From: Obrimoposthia wandeli
Lineage: Eukaryota
Length of the DNA stretch: 64,000 nucleotides
Assembly: GCA_977020255.1 (NCBI GenBank)
Contig: CDROCS010006357.1
Coordinates: 62,001 to 126,000 of the forward strand
Direction: 5' to 3'
Part shown: positions 23,923 through 34,173 of the stretch, piece by piece
Layout: the number at the start of each line of letters is the position of its first letter
Numbering within the stretch: the stretch's first letter is position 1
The notes under the pieces: model-generated
Told to the model about the DNA's origin: nothing
The model's database searches: none
What the model saw: only the letters and a program-made list of their open reading frames with translations
Program-made: the position numbers and the translations under genes

Positions 23923-25358
23923 TAAATGAGTGGCAAGTGTTGATGTTTCAACCGCAAAGCTCTGCGCTTGAACAAGCATTATCAACGGGGAAAGCAAAGG
24001 GTTACAATTTGACACGTACTACCTGCGTGTTTGATTGCCTAAATTTGGTGGCTCAAAAAGAGTGGGACTTATTACTCTTACCGGCTTGCTTGAGTGACGG
24101 TACTGAAGCCGCTGACATGATTAAATTGTTTCAGCGTCATGGGTATCATGGCGCAGTTGTCGTGTTGTCTGAACTTCACAATTTTTCGGAAGTTACCCGA
24201 GCTTTACAACAGGGAGCGATGGATTACCTGTTGATCCCTTTTGGTCATACTCATTTAGCACAACTTGTCCAACGTTTGGTACAGACGCAGCAGCAACAAA
24301 ACATGGTTGCTGAATCGTGCAAAAGTAAGCAGATGTTTCAATTGGCACAACGTGTTGCGCAGACGGATGCCTCTGTTCTGATCACTGGTGAAAGTGGTAG
24401 TGGCAAAGAAGTATTGGCACAGTTCATTCATGACTCATCTCCGCGTGCTGCAGGGCCGTTCATTGCCATCAATTGCGCTGCTATTCCAGAAACTATGATT
24501 GAATCAATTTTATTTGGCCATACCAAAGGGGCGTTTACCGGAGCCACTTCAGCACAGGCGGGTAAATTAGAGGCTGCCAATGGCGGTACTCTTTTACTGG
24601 ATGAAATCGGTGAGTTGCCACTTGCCATGCAAACCAAATTATTAAGGGTGTTGCAGGAACGTGAAGTTGAGCGTTTAGGTAGTCATCAAAAAATTAAGCT
24701 AGATATCCATGTGTTAGCTGCAACCAATAAAGACTTAGAAAAAGCTATTGCTGATGGTTGCTTCCGGGCTGACCTGTATTACCGTCTGAATGTTTTTCCT
24801 CTTCACTGCGCGTCATTGAAAGATCGCAAAGACGATATTATTCCGTTAGCAAACAACTTACTTCGTCGTCATATGCCGCCAGGGCAGGCGAGTACGGAGT
24901 TTACCAAAGCGGCCCAAAAGGTATTGTGTAGCTACGATTGGCCGGGCAATGTCCGCGAATTGGAAAATGTTATTCAGCGCGCCTTAGTCATGAGCCGTGG
25001 TTGTTTGATCCGTGAAGAAGATTTGATGTTACCAACGTTCGAAAATATAACGAGCGAACGGAGCACGGTCGTTCCGACATCAGCCTCATTGAATGTGGTA
25101 AAAACTACTAGAAAATCAACGACCTCTTGCACTAAGCCCAACTTACAAAAAAGCCGTAAGCTTGCTGAATTTGACACTATCATTGAGACTCTGCGTCGTT
25201 TTGATGGTCATCGCAGCAAGACGGCAGAAGAGCTGGGTGTATCAACCCGGGCACTACGCTATAAAATTCAAACCATGCGCGAGCAAGGGCTAGATATCGA
25301 AAAAATCCTAACGGGGCAAAATGCAAATTTAGTCCCAACGAACTTTAATTTTTCCTAA
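23919..25358 (+). CDS. lafK: sigma54-dependent lateral flagellar master activator LafK (bEBP)
   Basis: GESGSGKE Walker A, GAFTGA, LLDEIGE Walker [19 protein letters not shown], Fis-type HTH ([18 protein letters not shown]); degenerate N-terminal receiver domain. Confidence 0.9.
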   Translation: MINEWQVLMFQPQSSALEQALSTGKAKGYNLTRTTCVFDCLNLVAQKEWDLLLLPACLSDGTEAADMIKLFQRHGYHGAVVVLSELHNFSEVTRALQQGAMDYLLIPFGHTHLAQLVQRLVQTQQQQNMVAESCKSKQMFQLAQRVAQTDASVLITGESGSGKEVLAQFIHDSSPRAAGPFIAINCAAIPETMIESILFGHTKGAFTGATSAQAGKLEAANGGTLLLDEIGELPLAMQTKLLRVLQEREVERLGSHQKIKLDIHVLAATNKDLEKAIADGCFRADLYYRLNVFPLHCASLKDRKDDIIPLANNLLRRHMPPGQASTEFTKAAQKVLCSYDWPGNVRELENVIQRALVMSRGCLIREEDLMLPTFENITSERSTVVPTSASLNVVKTTRKSTTSCTKPNLQKSRKLAEFDTIIETLRRFDGHRSKTAEELGVSTRALRYKIQTMREQGLDIEKILTGQNANLVPTNFNFS

Positions 25359-25378
25359 CCGTTATTACGAGAGCTGTC

Positions 25379-25723
25379 ATGCAAGACAATGTGATGAGCA
25401 TGAATCTGCCATTAAGTCAGATGAGCGAAATTCAAGCGCAAATGAAAACGCTAGAACCTATTCAGATCGCCCCAAACCCAATGACGGTTAATCAAGCGAA
25501 TTCTGTCAATTTTACCGATGTTATTTCTCAGTCACTCAATAGTGTTGATCTGCAAGGCAAAGAAGCATCGGCTTTAATGACAGCGGTAGATACGGGCAAA
25601 AGTGATGATTTAGTTGGTGCGATGGTTGCCAGTCAAAAAGCCAGTATTTCTTTTTCTGCTCTTGTACAAGTACGAAACAAGCTGCTGACCGCCTATGACG
25701 ATGTCATGAAAATGCCAGTTTAA
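25379..25723 (+). CDS. fliE: Flagellar basal-body protein FliE (LfiE)
   Basis: AMVASQKASISFSALVQVRNKLLTAYDDVMKMPV C-terminus. Confidence 0.93.
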   Translation: MQDNVMSMNLPLSQMSEIQAQMKTLEPIQIAPNPMTVNQANSVNFTDVISQSLNSVDLQGKEASALMTAVDTGKSDDLVGAMVASQKASISFSALVQVRNKLLTAYDDVMKMPV

Positions 25724-25736
25724 CGGGAACGTTTAA

Positions 25737-27419
25737 GTGACTGAATTAATGAAACAACGGCTGTCGAATATGGCGAGCCCTTCTGCGATGGGACGACTGC
25801 TTACGGGCACTCGTCTTATTGTGCTATTAGGTCTTATTGCTGCGTTAGTGACAACCGCCGTAGTGATTGGTTTGTGGCAAGGTAATAGCCAGTACCGTCC
25901 ACTGTATGGTGAACAAGAAAAATTTGACCGTAGCCAGGTGATTTCAGTTCTTGAACAACAAGGAATGGATTACTACATCGAGCCTCAGCAAGGCAACGTG
26001 ATGGTTGATCGCGATAGTGTAGGTAAAGCGCGTTTAGCGCTGGCCGCTGCGGGTATTGAAGCCCAATTACCAGCAGGACTTGACATTTTATCTCAAGATT
26101 CCAGTTTAGGGACCAGTCAGTTTATTGAAAATGCCCGTTATCGCCATGGTTTAGAAGGCGAGCTGGCATTGAGCATTATGGCGTTGGATGCCATTACCAA
26201 TGTGCGTGTTCACTTGGCTATTCCTAAGAAAACCTTATTTGTGCGCCGAGAGAAAGAGCAGCCATCGGCATCGGTTGTTTTATCGTTAAGTTCGGGGCGT
26301 GAACTGACGACCGAGCAAGTGACCGCCATTGTTAATTTAGTGGCAGGCAGTGTGCCTGAACTGAACGCTGAACGAGTGAATGTTATCGATCAGCAAGGCC
26401 GGTTATTGTCATCGGTGATTAACAGTGAGGGTAAGCATAGCCTTAACAGCAGCAGTTATTTGGAATACGTCCAAAAGCTCGAACAAAGCTATATCAAACG
26501 TGCGGCGCGCATGCTGCGACCAATGGTGGGTATTGATAACTTCCAAGTGGAAGTGGCTGCCGATATTAATTATGACCGCACTGAAGCAACAGAAGAAAGC
26601 TATGCGCCTGATGGCTCGGTTCGCAATGAATTTAACACGATAGATCGTCGTATCGGCAAAGCGGCCCAAGGTGTGCCCGGTGCATTAAGTAACCGTCCAC
26701 CGGAAGATGAGGAAGAGGAAGATCCAAATGCCGGTAATGAACGCAGTGAATCATCCCGTGATTACGCCTTAGATCGCGTACTTAAACATACCCTATACCA
26801 GCAAGGACAGGTGAAAAGTTTAAGCGTCTCTATCTTATTGAATGGTCAGTCAGACACCTTTCCCCCAGAGCAACTGGCAAACATTAAGCAAATGTTAGCC
26901 GATGCGATTGGGATCGATGAAGTCCGTGGCGATCAGTTCAGTGTATTGGTCTACCCATTCATCAAAGCAGAAGCCAACCTATTGGCTGACGAGCCAGTAT
27001 GGTGGATGCAGTTAATCTGGTTAGATTACTTACGCTATATATTATCTGCCGTTGTGGCATTGGTGATTTTGTTAGTGCTTGTACGTCCAGCGATTCGTCA
27101 GCTGTCTGGCAGTAACAAGTCGACAGCATTAACAGCACCCAATGATAAGCTAGCCGCCATCGCGGGTGAATCCGTCAGTGAAAATACAATGCTGAACAAT
27201 GACACCAGCCCAGAAATTGAAGCTATACCCGCGACCGAAAAAGCAGAAATCACAAGCTTAAGCTCGGTTGTAACGAGTGAAAATTATCTAGAATTGCCAA
27301 GCCCTGAAACGGGGTTAGAAGTGCAATCATCTTACCTTCAGATGTTATCTGAAAAAGAACCAGAGCGTGTTGCTCACGTCGTTAAACAATGGATTACGCC
27401 CAAAGATGATGACAACTGA
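25737..27419 (+). CDS. fliF: MS-ring protein FliF (LfiF)
   Basis: Two TM segments; LEGELALSI, RVHLAIPKKTLFVR, PSASVVLSL, GVPGALSNRPP. Confidence 0.95.
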   Translation: MTELMKQRLSNMASPSAMGRLLTGTRLIVLLGLIAALVTTAVVIGLWQGNSQYRPLYGEQEKFDRSQVISVLEQQGMDYYIEPQQGNVMVDRDSVGKARLALAAAGIEAQLPAGLDILSQDSSLGTSQFIENARYRHGLEGELALSIMALDAITNVRVHLAIPKKTLFVRREKEQPSASVVLSLSSGRELTTEQVTAIVNLVAGSVPELNAERVNVIDQQGRLLSSVINSEGKHSLNSSSYLEYVQKLEQSYIKRAARMLRPMVGIDNFQVEVAADINYDRTEATEESYAPDGSVRNEFNTIDRRIGKAAQGVPGALSNRPPEDEEEEDPNAGNERSESSRDYALDRVLKHTLYQQGQVKSLSVSILLNGQSDTFPPEQLANIKQMLADAIGIDEVRGDQFSVLVYPFIKAEANLLADEPVWWMQLIWLDYLRYILSAVVALVILLVLVRPAIRQLSGSNKSTALTAPNDKLAAIAGESVSENTMLNNDTSPEIEAIPATEKAEITSLSSVVTSENYLELPSPETGLEVQSSYLQMLSEKEPERVAHVVKQWITPKDDDN

Positions 27420-28413
27420 GAATAACCAGAACATTGAACAAGCTGCGATCCTACTGTTGAGCATGGGTGAAAATGCGGCTGCTAATGTCTTAAAACAACT
27501 TGATCGCGAGCAAGTGCGCCAACTATCGATTGTTATGGCGGGTATACCTGCGGTGAAAAAAGATCAGGCTGAACAAGTTTTCCAGCGTTTTTTTACTGAC
27601 TTTCAAAGTGAATCTGGTATTTCAGGTGCTTCACGTACCTACCTTGAGCGAACGTTAAATAAGGCGTTAGGTCAGTCATTGTCTCAGCCATTGCTGGATT
27701 CGATCTATGGCGATTCATTGAAGCATAATTTGCAACGTTTGCAGTGGTTAGAGCCTGCAAAATTAGCGGAATTGATCTCCGGTGAGCACCCACAGATGCA
27801 AGCTGTTTTTCTTGCTTATTTAGATCCTGACGTTGCCACTAATCTGCTGGACAGATTACCGCCAGAGAACCTCGATGACTTGCTATATCGCTTAGCGAAT
27901 CTGAAAGAAATTCACCCTAATATGATTGACGAAGTTCATGTCTTATTAGAGAAGTTCTTAGCGCAGGTTGGGCAGCAAAATAGTACGATTGTTGATGGTT
28001 CACAGAAAGCGAGTGAAATCATCAACCGCCTGAAAGGTGAGCAAAGCCAGAAAGTAATGACTGGGCTAAAAGTACTTGATCCTGAGTTGGTTACGAAGCT
28101 TGAATCGCAAATGTACAACTTCAGTATATTGGTTCGCCAGACGGAAGAAACCCTTGAGCGCTTGGTTGAAGAAGTCGATCAAGAACTATTGGCAACGGCA
28201 TTGAAAGGTTGCGAGCAAGCACTGCAAGATAAAATATTCGCCACCATGCCAAAACGTGCCGCACAATACTTACGTGAAGCAATGGAAGGCAAAGGCCGCG
28301 TGCGTCTTAGTGCGGTGGAAGATGCGAGAGAGCAACTTATTGCTGCATTGCGTCAGTTGGCTGAAGCTGGCGAGGTTGAATTACAACTATTTAGCGAACC
28401 TGTTGTGGAGTAG
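27406..28413 (+). CDS. fliG: Rotor switch protein FliG (LfiG)
   Basis: AAILLLSMGE, EHPQMQAVFLAYL, LATALKG, MPKRAA, VEDAREQLI; probable start MMTTEN at 27406. Confidence 0.94.
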   Translation: MMTTENNQNIEQAAILLLSMGENAAANVLKQLDREQVRQLSIVMAGIPAVKKDQAEQVFQRFFTDFQSESGISGASRTYLERTLNKALGQSLSQPLLDSIYGDSLKHNLQRLQWLEPAKLAELISGEHPQMQAVFLAYLDPDVATNLLDRLPPENLDDLLYRLANLKEIHPNMIDEVHVLLEKFLAQVGQQNSTIVDGSQKASEIINRLKGEQSQKVMTGLKVLDPELVTKLESQMYNFSILVRQTEETLERLVEEVDQELLATALKGCEQALQDKIFATMPKRAAQYLREAMEGKGRVRLSAVEDAREQLIAALRQLAEAGEVELQLFSEPVVE

Positions 28414-28415
28414 TT

Positions 28416-29117
28416 ATGAAAAAATCAGCAATGAATATTATTCATCCGCAATCGGGTCAATATCGCTCATATCATTTTCCACCATTAGTTGAGCCAGAAG
28501 AAGATCTGTTTGGTGATGAAGGTGGTGGCTCATATCAAGATGAATTTCATAATGGCTTTCAAGAAGGTCAACAAAAAGGTCATGAACAGGGCTATCAAGA
28601 AGGATTAGCGCAGGGACTGCAAGCGGGTCAGCAGCAAGGTATCGAACAGGGACGCCAGCAAGGTGTCCGTGAAGGTGTCGACCAAGTCAGGCAGGAAATG
28701 GGTGGAACCGTGAGTTCAGTCGATGGCATCATGCAGCAGGTTCAGCAGGTATTTCATCAACATGTTCGTCTGCAAAGTGAAATGATTTGTGATTTGGTGC
28801 AGAAGGTTGCGCGTCAGGTTATTCGCGCTGAACTGACCTTAAAACCAAGTCAGATGGTGCATTTAATTGAAGAAACCCTCGCGCAAATGCCAGAGCAAAA
28901 ACCAGATCTTGTGATTTATCTTAACCCCCAAGATTGCCAACGGTTGGTTGACTTAGTGCCTGAGCACGTTGCAACGTGGAACTTAACGTCAGATGATAGT
29001 CTCGCCATCGGTAGTTGCCGTGTGGTGACGAAAGATTCTGAAGCCTTTTCTGATAGTGAAGAGCGTCTAGAGGCGTGTATGGATTCAGTTAAAGATAACT
29101 TGTTAACTAATGCATGA
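28416..29117 (+). CDS. fliH: Flagellar export protein FliH (LfiH)
   Basis: GxxxG repeats (GFQEGQQKGHEQGYQEG...), IYLNPQD, DDSLAIGSCRVVT. Confidence 0.9.
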   Translation: MKKSAMNIIHPQSGQYRSYHFPPLVEPEEDLFGDEGGGSYQDEFHNGFQEGQQKGHEQGYQEGLAQGLQAGQQQGIEQGRQQGVREGVDQVRQEMGGTVSSVDGIMQQVQQVFHQHVRLQSEMICDLVQKVARQVIRAELTLKPSQMVHLIEETLAQMPEQKPDLVIYLNPQDCQRLVDLVPEHVATWNLTSDDSLAIGSCRVVTKDSEAFSDSEERLEACMDSVKDNLLTNA

Positions 29118-30450
29118 TTTATTCCAAGAGCTAAATGCTCGCCTATCTTCAGCTGTTGAGCATATGCCTGATGTGCCTATTGCCCGAACCTATGGGCGAT
29201 TAACACGCATGGCTGGGTTAACATTGGAAGCGGTTGGTTGCCGTTTGTGTACCGGTCAACGGTGTATGATTGAAACCGATCATGGCACCTTAGTGGAAGC
29301 TGAAGTGGTTGGTTTTGATCGTAACGCATCGGTATTGATGCCGATCCGCCATACCACCGGGTTACGGCCTGGTAGTCGAGTATTTCCATTACACGGTGAC
29401 AGCAAAATTAATGTTGGTTATAGCATGCTTGGCCGAGTCTTAAATGGCTTAGGCGAGCCATTAGATAGTCGTGGTCCTATTACTGCTGATCAGCGAATAA
29501 ACCTGCAAGGTGAAACGATTAACCCATTGCAACGCTTACCTATTTCAACTCAGTTGGATGTTGGCGTCCGTGTCATTAATGGTATGCTCAGCGTCGGCAA
29601 AGGCCAGCGCATGGGGTTGTTTGCCGGCAGTGGTGTCGGTAAGAGTGTGCTGTTAGGCATGATGACTCGCAACACCACTGCAGAAATTACCGTGGTTGGA
29701 TTAATAGGTGAGCGTGGTCGAGAAGTGCGTGAGTTTATTGAGCATTCATTAGGCCCTGAAGGGATGAAGAATGCAGTAGTGATAGCATCGCCTGCCGATG
29801 ATCCACCATTAATGCGTTTGCGTGCTGCAATGCTCTGTCATCGTATTGCCGAGTTTTTCCGCGACCAAGGCCATGATGTGTTGTTGCTTATGGATTCGTT
29901 AACCCGTTATGCCCAAGCTCAGCGTGAAATCGCCTTGGCTGTTGGTGAGCCACCAGCAACCAAAGGGTATCCGCCTTCGGTGTTTAGCATGCTGCCTCAA
30001 CTTGTTGAGCGTGCGGGTAATGGTGCTACGGAAAAAGGCTCTATTACCGCGTTTTATACCGTGCTATCAGAAGGCGATGATCAACAAGACCCGATAGCTG
30101 ATGCCGCCCGAGCTATTTTGGACGGTCACATCGTATTGAACCGTGAATTAGCCGAACAAGGTCATTACCCAGCCATTGATATTGAACAATCAATCAGTCG
30201 AGCAATGCCGCAAGTGGTTACTCCTGAGCAGTTACAAAAAGCGCAACAAGTAAAGCAGTTGTATGCCCGTTATCGCCAGGTACAAGATTTAATCTCGCTA
30301 GGCGGATACCAGCAAGGGCAAGATCAAAATCTCGATATGGCAGTGCATTACTACCCTGAAATCTGTGGTTTCCTGCAGCAAGGAATGAATGATCGGATAC
30401 TTCTTGCAGATAGTCAGCAGCAATTAATGCAGCTGATCGGAGGGCAATAA
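29110..30450 (+). CDS. fliI: Flagellar export ATPase FliI (LfiI)
   Basis: AGSGVGKS Walker A, LIGERGREVREF, LLMDSLTRYAQAQRE, GYPPSVF, DGHIVL. Confidence 0.97.
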   Translation: MHDLFQELNARLSSAVEHMPDVPIARTYGRLTRMAGLTLEAVGCRLCTGQRCMIETDHGTLVEAEVVGFDRNASVLMPIRHTTGLRPGSRVFPLHGDSKINVGYSMLGRVLNGLGEPLDSRGPITADQRINLQGETINPLQRLPISTQLDVGVRVINGMLSVGKGQRMGLFAGSGVGKSVLLGMMTRNTTAEITVVGLIGERGREVREFIEHSLGPEGMKNAVVIASPADDPPLMRLRAAMLCHRIAEFFRDQGHDVLLLMDSLTRYAQAQREIALAVGEPPATKGYPPSVFSMLPQLVERAGNGATEKGSITAFYTVLSEGDDQQDPIADAARAILDGHIVLNRELAEQGHYPAIDIEQSISRAMPQVVTPEQLQKAQQVKQLYARYRQVQDLISLGGYQQGQDQNLDMAVHYYPEICGFLQQGMNDRILLADSQQQLMQLIGGQ

Positions 30451-30453
30451 CCG

Positions 30454-30888
30454 ATGATGAAGCGAGTCAAAATCGTTCAAAGTTGGCGCGATCAACAGCA
30501 GCGACAATTTAACAAATTGCAACAGCAACAGGGACAGATCAATCAGCAAATGAATGCCCATCAACAACGCTTATCGTTGCTGGAAGATTTATCGGGGCAG
30601 TATTCTGTCGCCAGTGGTAGTCAGGCTTCGGCTTTATTATTGAAAGGCATAGGTCGTTTCCGGCATCAACTCGATAACCTGACTAACCTTCAGCGTCAAG
30701 AACTTGCGTTATCGCAGGTTGAATTACGCAGTATGAATGAGCGCTTGGTCAAGCAGCATTGCCAAGTCCAAATGGGCAATAAGCTCATTGATAAGCGGTT
30801 AACGAAAATTCAAAATCAGCATGATAAGCAAGAGCAAAAAGTGCTCGATGAATTATCGATAATCCGTTTCTTTCATCGCCGTTCTTGA
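30454..30888 (+). CDS. fliJ: Flagellar export chaperone FliJ (LfiJ)
   Basis: Gln-rich coiled coil of ~144 aa directly after fliI, ending EQKVLDEL. Confidence 0.8.
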   Translation: MMKRVKIVQSWRDQQQRQFNKLQQQQGQINQQMNAHQQRLSLLEDLSGQYSVASGSQASALLLKGIGRFRHQLDNLTNLQRQELALSQVELRSMNERLVKQHCQVQMGNKLIDKRLTKIQNQHDKQEQKVLDELSIIRFFHRRS

Positions 30889-30919
30889 TCGGTATAGGCA
30901 CATGATTCACACATGAACA

Positions 30920-31354
30920 TTAAATGTTTGGGCTATAGCTGTATTGTTGTTGTGGTTTTAGCAGTTTATCCATCATTTGTTTTTGTTGTGCCAATAAACG
31001 GCCATTAGCATTATTTTTTTCTTGGCATTGCAGCGTAACGTCATACAGTTGCTGCCATAATTGGCGAGCTTGCTGACTATATTGGGTAGGTAAAGCGGCG
31101 AGTAAACACTTCATTCCTGCGTCATCGGCTGTCATACCTAATGCGATAAGGTGCTCACCACGGTGTTGTGCATGGTTATTTAATTGCTGCATTAACAGCT
31201 GAAGTTCGACGTTATGTGTTAGCAAGGCCTTACTGTCACGATTTTGTAATAGCAGTTGTTGATGCTTAAGTTGTTGAGCCAGCTGTTGATAGCTTTTCAC
31301 ATCCTGTGCTAGCTCAGTGATGAGTGCTTTAACCAGTTCAGCTTGAGTCGCCAT
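30920..31354 (-). CDS. flgN: Flagellar chaperone FlgN (LfgN)
   Basis: Helical; CQEKNNANGRLL motif; follows flgM. Confidence 0.8.
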   Translation of the reverse strand: MATQAELVKALITELAQDVKSYQQLAQQLKHQQLLLQNRDSKALLTHNVELQLLMQQLNNHAQHRGEHLIALGMTADDAGMKCLLAALPTQYSQQARQLWQQLYDVTLQCQEKNNANGRLLAQQKQMMDKLLKPQQQYSYSPNI

Positions 31355-31392
31355 GCATTGTTACCTTTATTAACGTTTATATTGTGTCGTTA

Positions 31393-31674
31393 TTATTCGT
31401 TGTCTTGGTAAAAATCGAGCATGCTACCAGCCAGATCATCAAGGTTAATTGATACCTTTCCCGTACTGAGCATTGCTTTCATTTCAGCCACTTTATTCAT
31501 ATCGACATCACTGGTTTTATCCATTGATTCTTTTGCCGACTGTAGCGATTTTAACTCGCTGCTTAGCTCAACCTGTGCGACATTTGAAGTGCTAGGTTTT
31601 GCTGTTTTGTTCGTCACTTCCGGTGGTAAAACCATCGGAAGTGAATGCGATATTTTTCCAATCATAGGGTTCAC
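31393..31674 (-). CDS. flgM: Anti-sigma28 factor FlgM (LfgM)
   Basis: VELSSELK...DVDMNKVAEMKAMLSTGKVSINLDDLAGSML, typical FlgM C-terminus. Confidence 0.85.
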   Translation of the reverse strand: MNPMIGKISHSLPMVLPPEVTNKTAKPSTSNVAQVELSSELKSLQSAKESMDKTSDVDMNKVAEMKAMLSTGKVSINLDDLAGSMLDFYQDNE

Positions 31675-31703
31675 ATAAAACAGTAGTTGCGGTTATAGAG
31701 ATA

Positions 31704-31730
31704 AGAGCGACCAGAGATAGAAACTCTTAA
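31704..31730 (-). promoter_or_regulatory. Candidate LafS (sigma28-type) promoter of flgMN
   Basis: Minus strand TTAAG-N14-GTCGCTCT; the same TTAAG-N14-GTCGC spacing occurs upstream of lafA. Confidence 0.55.
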
Positions 31731-31767
31731 ATTATTTTTCATTGCACAAAGAGGGAGAATACTAGCA

Positions 31768-32487
31768 TCAAAAGTTGGTTCGGACTTTTTGAGGCCCTAC
31801 AATGATGGCATAAATTTCTTTTTGGGAAGACAGATTACGTACTCGAATCGAATCACCTTTCACGCCTGACTCCAAAGCTACCCCTTTCATTGTTGCATTC
31901 ATTTTGCCAAATTTAGCCTCAATAAGCACTCCATCATTACGTTGCACGAGTTTCGGCAGTTCGACCATTCTTGGGCTAATGATTTTACCTGCAACAATCT
32001 TTCGTCGGCTCGTTAGTCCGGTCAGCGCTTGTTTTGAGGTGAAATACCCATGGCGTAAATACGCCACATCACTGCGTTTGAGACTGAGCATTGCTGGGGT
32101 GATTTTTTGGTGGCGATTGAAGGTGTTTTTGGCCACAACTAATTGGCGATAAATCGCTACCTTTGCCTTTGCCCGAGCTTTCCAATAAGTCGGTTTCTGG
32201 CATTCCAATGTGATGGTTAATCGCCCTGCAGGTTGTTGTGGATCGCTCAAAGATTGGCTAATCGGCGTATCACAAGCGGGAATATCGGATAGCGGCTGCA
32301 AGGTTATTTTGTAATCTTGGCTACCTAATGTTGCGGCATAACGACTAACATTTTTTTTCAGATAACGCTTAACCGCGCGTTCGGTCTTGGCGGTTGCTTC
32401 AGTGACTTGCTCGATGTGGCTGGTGGCAGCTTGCACTGTAGACGTGAGGAAACCGCCGCTCATGATTAAGCTTGCAATGAGTACCAT
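31768..32487 (-). CDS. flgA: P-ring assembly chaperone FlgA (LfgA)
   Basis: SAF domain; LVQRNDGVLI...GVALESGVKGDSIRVRNLSSQK. Signal peptide follows ATG 32487 (ORF track starts at upstream TTG 32529). Confidence 0.88.
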   Translation of the reverse strand: MVLIASLIMSGGFLTSTVQAATSHIEQVTEATAKTERAVKRYLKKNVSRYAATLGSQDYKITLQPLSDIPACDTPISQSLSDPQQPAGRLTITLECQKPTYWKARAKAKVAIYRQLVVAKNTFNRHQKITPAMLSLKRSDVAYLRHGYFTSKQALTGLTSRRKIVAGKIISPRMVELPKLVQRNDGVLIEAKFGKMNATMKGVALESGVKGDSIRVRNLSSQKEIYAIIVGPQKVRTNF

Positions 32488-32494
32488 TTCCGAT

Positions 32495-32511
32495 CGGAAG
32501 TGACACTTCCG
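32495..32511. promoter_or_regulatory. Palindrome CGGAAGT-N3-ACTTCCG, candidate LafK enhancer site for the flgB promoter
   Basis: CGGAAGTGACACTTCCG; centre 71 bp upstream of the sigma54 TGG at 32574. A twin site exists at 44477. Confidence 0.6.
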
Positions 32512-32573
32512 CTTTATTGTTAGCCGCACGTTTTTTGTACCGTTAAGTTGCTAATATTAAACAAGTAAAGTAT

Positions 32574-32589
32574 TGGCATAATTATTGCT
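32574..32589 (+). promoter_or_regulatory. sigma54 (-24/-12) promoter of the flgB-L operon
   Basis: TGGCAT-AATTA-TTGCT matches TGGCAC-N5-TTGCW, 38 nt upstream of the flgB ATG. Confidence 0.85.
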
Positions 32590-32627
32590 TATTACTGGTT
32601 GAATTTCACCATCATGCGGTTTGTAGT

Positions 32628-33005
32628 ATGGCAATAAATTTTGAGCAAGCATTAGGGGTACACCCTAATACATTGGCGTTTCGAACACAACGCGCAAAAG
32701 TACTGGCAAGTAACCTCGCCAATGTCGATACCCCTAATTATAAGGCTCGTGATATCAGTTTTGAAGATGCGATGAGCCAAATCGCGGGTGAAGCAAGAGC
32801 GAAACATCAAGCTCGCTTTCGCTCACAATCACCAAAAACTGAATTGCTGTACCGCAATCCACAACAGCCAAGTCAAGATGGTAATACGGTCGAACTGGGT
32901 ACTGAACAAGCAAAATTTGCCTCAAATGCGATGGCGTTTGAAACCAGTATGAGCTTTTTGAATATGAAGATTAGCGGCTTAAAGCAGGCCATTAAAGGAC
33001 AGTAA
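32628..33005 (+). CDS. flgB: Proximal rod protein FlgB (LfgB)
   Basis: RAKVLASNLANVDTPNYKARD, DGNTVEL. Confidence 0.95.
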   Translation: MAINFEQALGVHPNTLAFRTQRAKVLASNLANVDTPNYKARDISFEDAMSQIAGEARAKHQARFRSQSPKTELLYRNPQQPSQDGNTVELGTEQAKFASNAMAFETSMSFLNMKISGLKQAIKGQ

Positions 33006-33010
33006 TTACG

Positions 33011-33427
33011 ATGTCATTTTCCACGATATACGACATTGCAGGTTCTGCGATGTCGGCTCAAACCATTCGCCTGAACACCGTGGCAAGTAACTTAGCCAAT
33101 GCCGATGTTGTTTCTGGCTCTGATAAGACGGGCTATCACGCCAAACGTCCTATTTTTTCGACCGTGATGACCGATATGGACAGTCAGGTACCCGGTGCGA
33201 AAGTACAGGTTGATGATGTCATTGAAAGTACCGAGCCGCTGCGTCGCCGTTATGAACCCAATCACCCGAAAGCGAATGACGAGGGTTATGTGTTTCATTC
33301 TACGGTGAATGTAGTTGAAGAAATGGCTGACATGATGGCCGCCTCACGTAACTTTGAAACCAACGTTAATGTGATGAGCCGAGCACGCAGCATGCAACAA
33401 AGTATTTTACGTCTAGGCCAAAGTTAG
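33011..33427 (+). CDS. flgC: Proximal rod protein FlgC (LfgC)
   Basis: RLNTVASNLANAD, YEPNHPKAND.GYV, VNVVEEMADMMAASRNFE. Confidence 0.95.
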   Translation: MSFSTIYDIAGSAMSAQTIRLNTVASNLANADVVSGSDKTGYHAKRPIFSTVMTDMDSQVPGAKVQVDDVIESTEPLRRRYEPNHPKANDEGYVFHSTVNVVEEMADMMAASRNFETNVNVMSRARSMQQSILRLGQS

Positions 33428-33436
33428 GAGCCATAA

Positions 33437-34111
33437 ATGAGTTTGCCCCACGTTAATACCGTTAACCAATACAGCCATGGTTCGACTGAGCAAAAAAACC
33501 AGCAAGTGGCTGGTAATGGCATGAACCCATCAAGTAATGAATTTCTTACCATGATGGTGGCACAGATCCAAAACCAGAACCCCCTTGAGCCAGCGGATGG
33601 TACGCAGTACCTCACCCAGCTTGGCATGATGTCGGCGGTGGAAAGTTTGGAGGGCGTCAAAACGGGCATGATGAACATGAACATCGGCATTACTAACCTT
33701 GAAATGCTTCAAGCCACCAATTTAGTGGGCAAGAAAGTATTGATGGAAGCAAATCAAGGCGTGGATGTTTCAGAAGGTCAAATCATTGATGGTCGTGTGC
33801 AGTTTGATCAGCCGGCAGATACCGCCAAAGTCATGGTTTATGACGAAGAAGGTAAAGTGGTTGATGAAATTAAATTAGGGCCACAGGCTACTGGCATGGC
33901 TGAATTTAAAATTGATGGCGACAAGCTAGGAAAGGGTACTTATACCTTTGAAGTGGTTGCTGAAAAGGGTGATGACGCCTGGACCCAGAAAATGATGATT
34001 GCTGCCGACGTTGAATCGGTCAACATTCCTGCTGATGGTGGCACGATCATGCTGAGCTTAAAAGGCCTTGGCAAGATGTCTATGTTCGACATGCGTGAAA
34101 TTACAGCTTAA
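33437..34111 (+). CDS. flgD: Hook capping protein FlgD (LfgD)
   Basis: EFLTMMVAQIQNQNPLEP.D..QYLTQL. Confidence 0.93.
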   Translation: MSLPHVNTVNQYSHGSTEQKNQQVAGNGMNPSSNEFLTMMVAQIQNQNPLEPADGTQYLTQLGMMSAVESLEGVKTGMMNMNIGITNLEMLQATNLVGKKVLMEANQGVDVSEGQIIDGRVQFDQPADTAKVMVYDEEGKVVDEIKLGPQATGMAEFKIDGDKLGKGTYTFEVVAEKGDDAWTQKMMIAADVESVNIPADGGTIMLSLKGLGKMSMFDMREITA

Positions 34112-34173
34112 AGCAGTAATTACAGCTCAAAACCATTAGAAAATTAAAATAATTCAAAAAGGTAACAACGGCT

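Noticed and set aside
24343-24358. sigma54-like TGGCAC...TTGC inside lafK
   Set aside because: Spacer is 6 nt rather than the strict 5; intragenic; no upstream palindrome.
28500-28700. Repetitive CAGCAAGG/CAAGAAGG DNA in fliH
   Set aside because: Encodes the normal FliH GxxxG repeats.
15986-30450. flhA/fliP/fliI homologues read as an injectisome (virulence T3SS)
   Set aside because: Rod, hook, ring, flagellin and stator genes are all present; no secretin, needle or translocon genes.
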